Assembly: GCA_044892525.1 (NCBI GenBank)
Contig: CM097888.1
Coordinates: 91,264,001-91,328,000 of the forward strand
Direction of reading: 5' to 3'
Length of the DNA stretch: 64,000 nucleotides
DNA from: Schmidtea polychroa
Taxonomy: Eukaryota
In this document: positions 14,638 to 25,800 of the stretch, one piece after another
Layout of the letters: every line of letters begins with the position of its first letter
Position numbering within the stretch: position 1 is the first letter of the stretch
Notes under the pieces: generated by a model
Databases searched by the model: none
What the model saw: the letters and a program-made list of their open reading frames with translations, nothing else
Told to the model about the DNA's origin: nothing
Translations under genes and position numbers: made by a program

Positions 14638-15268
14638 GTTACCAAGGATAACGTTATATATCACCGATTAGTGACATTCTATATAAATCACTTCCAGTAA
14701 TGACATTGAGCCTAAACTAGTCTCCATAATAAGGAGTGTCAACAAAGTAGTAACTAGTAACATCTGAATATTATATAGAACTCATAGTTAATCTTTTTTG
14801 TACCTAAATTTCTTTTTAATCAAATATTGAATATAACAAAAATGCTAACAGGTCAGCATTAGCCTTTCTTTCTGTCATTACTATGGGAATATCGGCGTTT
14901 CATTTAACCGACGATTTCTATTTTTATCGAACCTTGTATCAAAATTTTTTAAAATATACAGCGGTGGGTGACGAACCTGAATAAGTGGCTAAATTGACTC
15001 TCCATAGCAACGAATAATCACCATGGAATAATAAATTCCAAACATCATTTCTTGCAATTATCCCCGATTATTGAAAGCTCATAAAGTAAATTTAGCAAAC
15101 CCAAAAAGTTTGTTCACCTATTAAAAATTACGTTTCCATAGCAACAAATAATATCAAATTGGAGCCAGAAAATTCCATGGAAATGATACTGAAATTTCAC
15201 GCTTCAATTATTCCTAGATTAATACAAATGTCCGTAAAGTAAATTGAAAAATACATTTCCATAGCAAC
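14638..15268. promoter_or_regulatory. Cluster of RFX X-box-like motifs
   Basis: gtttccatagcaac at 15132-15145 (reverse complement GTTGCTATGGAAAC, a consensus X-box). Near-identical ctctccatagcaac 14998-15011 and atttccatagcaac 15255-15268, plus gttaccaaggataac 14638-14652. Confidence 0.4.
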
Positions 15269-15665
15269 GACCTGGTTATCCCTCCAATAAAGAGCTTGGT
15301 AACCCCCCAAATGAAAGAACAAAAACAAATTTATTAATAATAAAAACAGACAGCATCACACCGAATCCTCCTCGCTCCTCCCCAAAACTCTCTCGAGATC
15401 TAAATCAATCAATTCAAAACCGACAAATCAGAAATCATTTTCACCATTTTCCAAAGATTCGACATTTTCCCTGAATAAAAATTAGCGAAATTCCTAATAA
15501 AACAATTCCAACAACAACAAAAATCGATCAAAAAGCCTCACCTCAATCTCGACAATTCTGATTTAATCAATCGGACGGCTTCGACAAATTCCCTGAAACT
15601 GAACGTAATATTAATAATAATTTGAAATTGCGCATTTTATATTCAAATAATCAAATTAAAATTAT

Positions 15666-16265
15666 TTACTTTCTAAAATCTTTCTGACTTTCAACTTCTC
15701 TGGTTTCAACTTCGGTCATGATGCATTTGTCTTCCTGCTTTACTAGAGCACAATAATAAAATTAAAATAAATTAATTGGTTATCACTATGTTCAATTGAC
15801 ATTAATTCCACATCATTTATACAGCTTTCATTTTTACCTGCATCTAATCGAGAGACTTTTTTAAACAGATCATTATTAATGCTTTCGGTAGAATCGCATG
15901 AAAATTTTCTTTTATTATACTTATAATTCTCGGTAACTAGAAATTCTGTTAATTTTAACTTTTCAACCAATGCTAAAGGGCACTAGAATTCACTTTCAAA
16001 TATTTTAAGTGAAATATCATCATCTTACATAATAGACATTTAATTTTTTGTCGTAAAAATTAGTTTCATTATATTTTTGAATAGCATTTTGAGCCATAGA
16101 AATAGAATCGAATACAACAACTCCTAAATGATATGATGCTTTACCAGGTGCAATGACAGAAATCTTATTTATTTTCCCAAAAGTTTTTAGATGAGTACTT
16201 AAAACTGCAGCATTTACATCAATACTAAGATTTTGAAAAACAACTATGTTTGATTCATTTAACAT
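15666..16265 (-). CDS. Small single-RRM RNA-binding protein (3 predicted exons)
   Basis: Exon 16265-16029 encodes an RRM fold (VVFQNL RNP2-like; HLGVVVF RNP1-like; AQNAIQKYNETNFYDKKLNVYY). A 46-bp GTAAGA...TAG intron (16028-15983) joins in frame to the 15982 exon (CPLALVEK...). A second ~44-bp gtgata...ctctag intron gives the final exon ...VESQKDFRK* with stop at 15666; this last part is less certain. Confidence 0.6.
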
Positions 16266-18709
16266 ATTTAAATGATAACTTTATTTAAACAAACAAAGCG
16301 GCTGACATTATTGAAAATAATAATATTTAATTTCTTCGCAAATTCGAAAATACATGAATAATATATATATTGAAATATATATTGTTTCTAATTTTAAATT
16401 GGTAACTAAAAAAATAAAAATTTTAAGAATTGATTATATTAAAAACAGAATCGAACCAGTTAAAAACTAGTTAATCGCTAATATAAATAATACAATATTA
16501 TGAAAGAAGTAAATATTTTTAAAAACATTTTAGAATTATTACTAATGAAAATATTAAAATCTGAGCGTAAACACATTAAAACTCGTTAAATCTTACTCAG
16601 GGCCCAATTAGCCACGCTTCGGACTCTGTGGCTATAAAGGGTCTCGTCAGTTAAAAAGGCATCAAATTTATGGGACAATAGATTTTTATGTTAGGAATAT
16701 AACAATTTCGATATAAAGTAAGTCAGATATATTTTTAACTATAAATAAATAAAACTAATCGTCAAACACAATTCTTATTTCTTCCAAAAATGCTTAAAGT
16801 TGGATTCTACGATATCAAACAAATTATTTCCGTGTTCTACTGAAATAATTTATCTTCTACCTCTTTTCTCTTAGCAAATTTCTCCATATATTTATATAGG
16901 TAAATTATTGTTCCAATCGATAATTTGGTGATTCCAAGTAACCTTCCAAATTCTTCGTAATTTTCAACATTTTCAAAGGCATTAATTAGTCCAATTTTGT
17001 GATTTTCTTTTTAAAAATCTATTAAATTTATTAAAAATTTAAGATAAATCTTACGAAATAATATCTTCATTATCTATACAAATCAAAGTTGAGTTTAGAA
17101 TTTTCGTCAAAACTTTTTCGGTCATTTTTTGCTAAAAATTTCTAAAAAATTCTGTAAATGATTTATTATAGTGCGTTCATTCATTACAAAAATTCTACAT
17201 ATCGAAATGTTACATGTATATTTACATGTGTTTGCGTGTGTCACTTTATTTTTCTACCACTTTCTCACTTTCTATATAAAATGCTTTAATTCATTGTAAC
17301 GATAAAAATCAACACACAGGTAAGTTTATATGTTTATATAATATACACTTATTGATATTTTTTAGATTTTAGAAGCAATTTTTCACTACAAACGAGTGAA
17401 AATACCACAAGGAACTTTGTGTGCGAATTTTACTAGTGGGTGTGTATGTCAATTTTGTCATATTGTTGTGTAAACAAAATTACTAGGGTGGTATATATAT
17501 ATATAACATTTTGACCAGTGAGATAAGGTGTATGTACGCGAATAAATCCAACATTATTTAGGGCCACGGCCGAGAAGACAGTTACACACATATAAACTCA
17601 CACGACTTTATAAATGTAAGCATAAACTCATATATCTGATCATACTTCTGCCTGCACCCTTGTAACACTGTTCAGTAAATGTATTTATCCATTAATTTGT
17701 TTATAAATACCAGTGTTATAAGGTCCCAAATATGGTTTATATAGTTGCTTTGCGCTTCTATACAGGAGTACATTATACTAGTTTTCCGATTATGACCTGT
17801 GAGGAGTACTGGCGAGGTACTCTTTGATTCCCTAGGCAAGTAAATCCAGTCGGATTTATAGCTTTGGTAGACTTATACAGTTCCCATCCTCGTTCTTATT
17901 AACGTTCCATATTTCACAGATTGGTTTTAATTGCTCAGGAATCGAGTATAAGCCTAGTTAGATATTAAAAAAAATCAAAGTTTTATTATGATATAAAAAA
18001 GGCCAGTTAAGGCATAAGGGGAGAAGTATTCGACCCTTCATTCACTAAAGCTTTCTCTTTCTTTCTTTGGGTTGGAAGGTTTGGAACGCTCGCAACAAAC
18101 TTATTATTTAACTTGCTCTGATTCTCTGTTATGGACTACATATCCTTCTCCTTTGTGAATCTTTGTGATACTGTTGGTTGCAAATCAAAACTGTAGGTTG
18201 TAAATTTACTACAAGCCTGTAGTTATATCTTTGAGAGGTAAGTTGGGTTACTTCACTAGTGCTGTTGAAGGATCTTCAGACAGACATCCCACATTACAAA
18301 TTGATCTGTTCCAATCCTGATCTGTCGTGGCCGTAGGCGTAGCATATATTAGCGATAAATATTATAATAATTATACATTTAGGAGCGTAGCATATATTCG
18401 CTATAATAGTACTTGTAGTATAATAGTTATAGGTATATTTATTATATTAATAATAGTAACAATAGTATTTATAAAATCTTACGGTTTTTGGAGTAGGGGA
18501 AGTCCATCGTCCGAGGCCGGCTGGCCGATTATATTTACTTGTTGTTCCGGATCGTGATTCAAGCGGCTCAGTTCCACTTAATACGCATATCACCAGGGGA
18601 ACTTGTTACCTAACACTACGGCAAGGCAATCTGAAACTAGCTCCTAAACTCTTATATTTTTAGTCCCTAATCCAATGGACATGGGATATGATCCAAACAT
18701 CCACCGCAT

Positions 18710-19514
18710 TTACCACATTAAAAGTGAGAGAGGAGAGACCAAAGGTTTTTGACTAAACGAATAAGAGAAGTAGAGATTGAGTTTCAGTTTTTTCCAAGCA
18801 CTATATAATCTTGTTGTCCAATTAAGTACTTTTAGAGATAATATCATCATATCATGCTTGGTTAAGTTAACCTTCATCAAGCTCTCAAAGGAGGGTTTAG
18901 CCATAAGGCCTCGCCAGTTAAGAGTGACTGCTCTGAAGTCCATTGTATCAGCTCCTTTATTTTTCATCCAATTAGATATCTCCTCTAATTTGTACTTTGT
19001 TTCTTTTATTTCATTTCGATTAATAAGTCTTTCATTGTCGTTGATGATTTGGACGTCCAAAACCATCGCATGTCGGTTTTTGAAAAGAATTAGATCAGGA
19101 TAACGGTAGCTCGCCTCACAGGGACTAATCGGTTCCACTAGTGTTGCCCACTTTTCGACTCGTACACCATGTAAGCCTGGGCATTTTTGAGCAATGTGGT
19201 TGAGACTGCAAGGGTCCTCGCAACCGATTTTACATTTGAGGAGAGAGTTGTCGGAGTGTTGCATCCTACTGTTTCTGGTGTGTGTGTGTAATAGAGGTTT
19301 CCTCTTACTTTTACCGAGGTGATGAAAGTACAGCCTGTCATCAATTTTCCTTTTGCGATAATCCATTTGTGTGCAGCGGACACTTGAATTGTTTCTATTA
19401 GCCCCTTACCATCGAGCTTCTGGTAAAGGACACGGACTGTTTTTTCGTAGAATTCCTTTTTATTGTTCACTATTAAGTCGTCTTTGACGTGGATAAGTTT
19501 ATGCCACTTTTCTA
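18710..19514 (-). mobile_element. 5'-truncated R2-clade non-LTR retrotransposon (C-terminal linker, CCHC zinc knuckle, PD-(D/E)xK restriction-like endonuclease); frameshifted
   Basis: Overlapping frames 19514-19275 and 19275-18710 join into EKWHKL...LYQKLDGKGLIET...HKWI...MTGCTFITSVKVRGNLYYTHTRNSR...CKIGCEDPCSLNHIAQKC (C-x3-C-x7-H-x4-C)...LVEP...YPDLILF...VLDVQII...KETKY...AVTLNWRG...LSLKVLNW. This is the motif order and spacing of the R2 C-terminus. No RT domain is present. The 3' UTR extent is unknown. Confidence 0.85.
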
Positions 19515-19788
19515 ATTGAAAAATTATTGATTCATGTGTCATCAGAGAATTAATCAGAGAATCATCTAATTTTTCAATTTTCAGTTATTCAATTCAATTA
19601 GTTGCCACTTTTCTATAGCATAGATTTTCTAATCCTAATTTCTCCAATTCTTTCATCACAAATTCCATTGAACCATGAATATGATAAAATTGATGTTCTT
19701 CACGTATTTTCCGGCTTTACATACTTCATGACAAAAAACTTTGCAAGAAAATACAATTTCAAATTTGTATCGTGCTGTAAAAAATAAA

Positions 19789-19860
19789 GGGCTCAGCCGG
19801 GATTTGAACCCGGGACCACTCGCACCCTAAGCGAGTATCATACCCCTAGACCACTGAGCC
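19789..19860 (-). tRNA. tRNA-Pro(AGG), leftmost copy (last in transcription direction)
   Basis: Full cloverleaf; anticodon AGG at 19828-19826; T6 terminator at 19779-19784. Confidence 0.97.
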
Positions 19861-22800
19861 AACATCATTTTTCCATAAAATTTATCCAATATTCCACCCA
19901 CATTATTATTTTCAATAAATCATCATCCATTTCATGTTGTCTCATCTCATTTTTCAATTTTCAGTTATTCAATTCAATTAGTTGCCACTTTTCTATAGCA
20001 TAGATTTTCTAATCCTAATTTCTCCAATTCTTTCATCACAAATTCCATTGAACCATGAATATGATAAAATTGATGTTCTTCACGTATTTTCCGGCTTTAC
20101 ATACTTCATGACAAAAAACTTTGCAAGAAAATACAATTTCAAATTTGTATCGTGCTGTAAAAAATAAAGGGCTCAGCCGGGATTTGAACCCGGGACCACT
20201 CGCACCCTAAGCGAGTATCATACCCCTAGACCACTGAGCCAACATCATTTTTCCATAAAATTTATCCAATATTCCACCCACATTATTATTTTCAATAAAT
20301 CATCATCCATTTCATGTTGTCTCATCTCATTTTTCAATTTTCAGTTATTCAATTCAATTAGTTGCCACTTTTCTATAGCATAGATTTTCTAATCCTAATT
20401 TCTCCAATTCTTTCATCACAAATTCCATTGAACCATGAATATGATAAAATTGATGTTCTTCACGTATTTTCCGGCTTTACATACTTCATGACAAAAAACT
20501 TTGCAAGAAAATACAATTTCAAATTTGTATCGTGCTGTAAAAAATAAAGGGCTCAGCCGGGATTTGAACCCGGGACCACTCGCACCCTAAGCGAGTATCA
20601 TACCCCTAGACCACTGAGCCAACATCATTTTTCCATAAAATTTATCCAATATTCCACCCACATTATTATTTTCAATAAATCATCATCCATTTCATGTTGT
20701 CTCATCTCATTTTTCAATTTTCAGTTATTCAATTCAATTAGTTGCCACTTTTCTATAGCATAGATTTTCTAATCCTAATTTCTCCAATTCTTTCATCACA
20801 AATTCCATTGAACCATGAATATGATAAAATTGATGTTCTTCACGTATTTTCCGGCTTTACATACTTCATGACAAAAAACTTTGCAAGAAAATACAATTTC
20901 AAATTTGTATTGTGCTGTAAAAAATAAAGGGCTCAGCCGGGATTTGAACCCGGGACCACTCGCACCCTAAGCGAGTATCATACCCCTAGACCACTGAGCC
21001 AACATCATTTTTCCATAAAATTTATCCAATATTCCACCCACATTATTATTTTCAATAAATCATCATCCATTTCATGTTGTCTCATCTCATTTTTCAATTT
21101 TCAGTTATTCAATTCAATTAGTTGCCACTTTTCTATAGCATAGATTTTCTAATCCTAATTTCTCCAATTCTTTCATCACAAATTCCATTGAACCATGAAT
21201 ATGATAAAATTGATGTTCTTCACGTATTTTCCGGCTTTACATACTTCATGACAAAAAACTTTGCAAGAAAATACAATTTCAAATTTGTATCGTGCTGTAA
21301 AAAATAAAGGGCTCAGCCGGGATTTGAACCCGGGACCACTCGCACCCTAAGCGAGTATCATACCCCTAGACCACTGAGCCAACATCATTTTTCCATAAAA
21401 TTTATCCAATATTCCACCCACATTATTATTTTCAATAAATCATCATCCATTTCATGTTGTCTCATCTCATTTTTCAATTTTCAGTTATTCAATTCAATTA
21501 GTTGCCACTTTTCTATAGCATAGATTTTCTAATCCTAATTTCTCCAATTCTTTCATCACAAATTCCATTGAACCATGAATATGATAAAATTGATGTTCTT
21601 CACGTATTTTCCGGCTTTACATACTTCATGACAAAAAACTTTGCAAGAAAATACAATTTCAAATTTGTATCGTGCTGTAAAAAATAAAGGGCTCAGCCGG
21701 GATTTGAACCCGGGACCACTCGCACCCTAAGCGAGTATCATACCCCTAGACCACTGAGCCAACATCATTTTTCCATAAAATTTATCCAATATTCCACCCA
21801 CATTATTATTTTCAATAAATCATCATCCATTTCATGTTGTCTCATCTCATTTTTCAATTTTCAGTTATTCAATTCAATTAGTTGCCACTTTTCTATAGCA
21901 TAGATTTTCTAATCCTAATTTCTCCAATTCTTTCATCACAAATTCCATTGAACCATGAATATGATAAAATTGATGTTCTTCACGTATTTTCCGGCTTTAC
22001 ATACTTCATGACAAAAAACTTTGCAAGAAAATACAATTTCAAATTTGTATCGTGCTGTAAAAAATAAAGGGCTCAGCCGGGATTTGAACCCGGGACCACT
22101 CGCACCCTAAGCGAGTATCATACCCCTAGACCACTGAGCCAACATCATTTTTCCATAAAATTTATCCAATATTCCACCCACATTATTATTTTCAATAAAT
22201 CATCATCCATTTCATGTTGTCTCATCTCATTTTTCAATTTTCAGTTATTCAATTCAATTAGTTGCCACTTTTCTATAGCATAGATTTTCTAATCCTAATT
22301 TCTCCAATTCTTTCATCACAAATTCCATTGAACCATGAATATGATAAAATTGATGTTCTTCACGTATTTTCCGGCTTTACATACTTCATGACAAAAAACT
22401 TTGCAAGAAAATACAATTTCAAATTTGTATCGTGCTGTAAAAAATAAAGGGCTCAGCCGGGATTTGAACCCGGGACCACTCGCACCCTAAGCGAGTATCA
22501 TACCCCTAGACCACTGAGCCAACATCATTTTTCCATAAAATTTATCCAATATTCCACCCACATTATTATTTTCAATAAATCATCATCCATTTCATGTTGT
22601 CTCATCTCATTTTTCAATTTTCAGTTATTCAATTCAATTAGTTGCCACTTTTCTATAGCATAGATTTTCTAATCCTAATTTCTCCAATTCTTTCATCACA
22701 AATTCCATTGAACCATGAATATGATAAAATTGATGTTCTTCACGTATTTTCCGGCTTTACATACTTCATGACAAAAAACTTTGCAAGAAAATACAATTTC

Positions 22801-25800
22801 AAATTTGTATCGTGCTGTAAAAAATAAAGGGCTCAGCCGGGATTTGAACCCGGGACCACTCGCACCCTAAGCGAGTATCATACCCCTAGACCACTGAGCC
22901 AACATCATTTTTCCATAAAATTTATCCAATATTCCACCCACATTATTATTTTCAATAAATCATCATCCATTTCATGTTGTCTCATCTCATTTTTCAATTT
23001 TCAGTTATTCAATTCAATTAGTTGCCACTTTTCTATAGCATAGATTTTCTAATCCTAATTTCTCCAATTCTTTCATCACAAATTCCATTGAACCATGAAT
23101 ATGATAAAATTGATGTTCTTCACGTATTTTCCGGCTTTACATACTTCATGACAAAAAACTTTGCAAGAAAATACAATTTCAAATTTGTATCGTGCTGTAA
23201 AAAATAAAGGGCTCAGCCGGGATTTGAACCCGGGACCACTCGCACCCTAAGCGAGTATCATACCCCTAGACCACTGAGCCAACATCATTTTTCCATAAAA
23301 TTTATCCAATATTCCACCCACATTATTATTTTCAATAAATCATCATCCATTTCATGTTGTCTCATCTCATTTTTCAATTTTCAGTTATTCAATTCAATTA
23401 GTTGCCACTTTTCTATAGCATAGATTTTCTAATCCTAATTTCTCCAATTCTTTCATCACAAATTCCATTGAACCATGAATATGATAAAATTGATGTTCTT
23501 CACGTATTTTCCGGCTTTACATACTTCATGACAAAAAACTTTGCAAGAAAATACAATTTCAAATTTGTATCGTGCTGTAAAAAATAAAGGGCTCAGCCGG
23601 GATTTGAACCCGGGACCACTCGCACCCTAAGCGAGTATCATACCCCTAGACCACTGAGCCAACATCATTTTTCCATAAAATTTATCCAATATTCCACCCA
23701 CATTATTATTTTCAATAAATCATCATCCATTTCATGTTGTCTCATCTCATTTTTCAATTTTCAGTTATTCAATTCAATTAGTTGCCACTTTTCTATAGCA
23801 TAGATTTTCTAATCCTAATTTCTCCAATTCTTTCATCACAAATTCCATTGAACCATGAATATGATAAAATTGATGTTCTTCACGTATTTTCCGGCTTTAC
23901 ATACTTCATGACAAAAAACTTTGCAAGAAAATACAATTTCAAATTTGTATCGTGCTGTAAAAAATAAAGGGCTCAGCCGGGATTTGAACCCGGGACCACT
24001 CGCACCCTAAGCGAGTATCATACCCCTAGACCACTGAGCCAACATCATTTTTCCATAAAATTTATCCAATATTCCACCCACATTATTATTTTCAATAAAT
24101 CATCATCCATTTCATGTTGTCTCATCTCATTTTTCAATTTTCAGTTATTCAATTCAATTAGTTGCCACTTTTCTATAGCATAGATTTTCTAATCCTAATT
24201 TCTCCAATTCTTTCATCACAAATTCCATTGAACCATGAATATGATAAAATTGATGTTCTTCACGTATTTTCCGGCTTTACATACTTCATGACAAAAAACT
24301 TTGCAAGAAAATACAATTTCAAATTTGTATCGTGCTGTAAAAAATAAAGGGCTCAGCCGGGATTTGAACCCGGGACCACTCGCACCCTAAGCGAGTATCA
24401 TACCCCTAGACCACTGAGCCAACATCATTTTTCCATAAAATTTATCCAATATTCCACCCACATTATTATTTTCAATAAATCATCATCCATTTCATGTTGT
24501 CTCATCTCATTTTTCAATTTTCAGTTATTCAATTCAATTAGTTGCCACTTTTCTATAGCATAGATTTTCTAATCCTAATTTCTCCAATTCTTTCATCACA
24601 AATTCCATTGAACCATGAATATGATAAAATTGATGTTCTTCACGTATTTTCCGGCTTTACATACTTCATGACAAAAAACTTTGCAAGAAAATACAATTTC
24701 AAATTTGTATCGTGCTGTAAAAAATAAAGGGCTCAGCCGGGATTTGAACCCGGGACCACTCGCACCCTAAGCGAGTATCATACCCCTAGACCACTGAGCC
24801 AACATCATTTTTCCATAAAATTTATCCAATATTCCACCCACATTATTATTTTCAATAAATCATCATCCATTTCATGTTGTCTCATCTCATTTTTCAATTT
24901 TCAGTTATTCAATTCAATTAGTTGCCACTTTTCTATAGCATAGATTTTCTAATCCTAATTTCTCCAATTCTTTCATCACAAATTCCATTGAACCATGAAT
25001 ATGATAAAATTGATGTTCTTCACGTATTTTCCGGCTTTACATACTTCATGACAAAAAACTTTGCAAGAAAATACAATTTCAAATTTGTATCGTGCTGTAA
25101 AAAATAAAGGGCTCAGCCGGGATTTGAACCCGGGACCACTCGCACCCTAAGCGAGTATCATACCCCTAGACCACTGAGCCAACATCATTTTTCCATAAAA
25201 TTTATCCAATATTCCACCCACATTATTATTTTCAATAAATCATCATCCATTTCATGTTGTCTCATCTCATTTTTCAATTTTCAGTTATTCAATTCAATTA
25301 GTTGCCACTTTTCTATAGCATAGATTTTCTAATCCTAATTTCTCCAATTCTTTCATCACAAATTCCATTGAACCATGAATATGATAAAATTGATGTTCTT
25401 CACGTATTTTCCGGCTTTACATACTTCATGACAAAAAACTTTGCAAGAAAATACAATTTCAAATTTGTATCGTGCTGTAAAAAATAAAGGGCTCAGCCGG
25501 GATTTGAACCCGGGACCACTCGCACCCTAAGCGAGTATCATACCCCTAGACCACTGAGCCAACATCATTTTTCCATAAAATTTATCCAATATTCCACCCT
25601 CATTATTATTTTCAATAAATCATCATCCATTTCATGTTGTCTCATCTCATTTTTCAATTTTCAGTTATTCAATTCAATTAGTTGCCACTTTTCTATAGCA
25701 TAGATTTTCTAATCCTAATTTCTCCAATTCTTTCATCACAAATTCCATTGAACCATGAATATGATAAAATTGATGTTCTTCACGTATTTTCCGGCTTTAC

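Noticed and set aside
15361-15390. HDV-like ribozyme core (cctcctcgct)
   Set aside because: The flanking bases cannot form the P3/P1 pairings, and it is not at an R2 5' end.
16930-17000. Segment KIGLINAFENVENYEEF as JNK exon 3 (cf. IIGLLNVFTPQKSLEEF)
   Set aside because: There is no AG acceptor in the required phase-0 position, the FTPQ core is missing, and the segment has a dispersed homologue at 42316, so the resemblance is probably chance.
18670-18720. Weak similarity of the R2 3' flank (aatgcggtggatgtttggat, minus) to the array spacer (aatgtgggtggaatattggat)
   Set aside because: Only about 17 of 24 bases match with a gap in low-complexity DNA; not enough to call a downstream target half-site.
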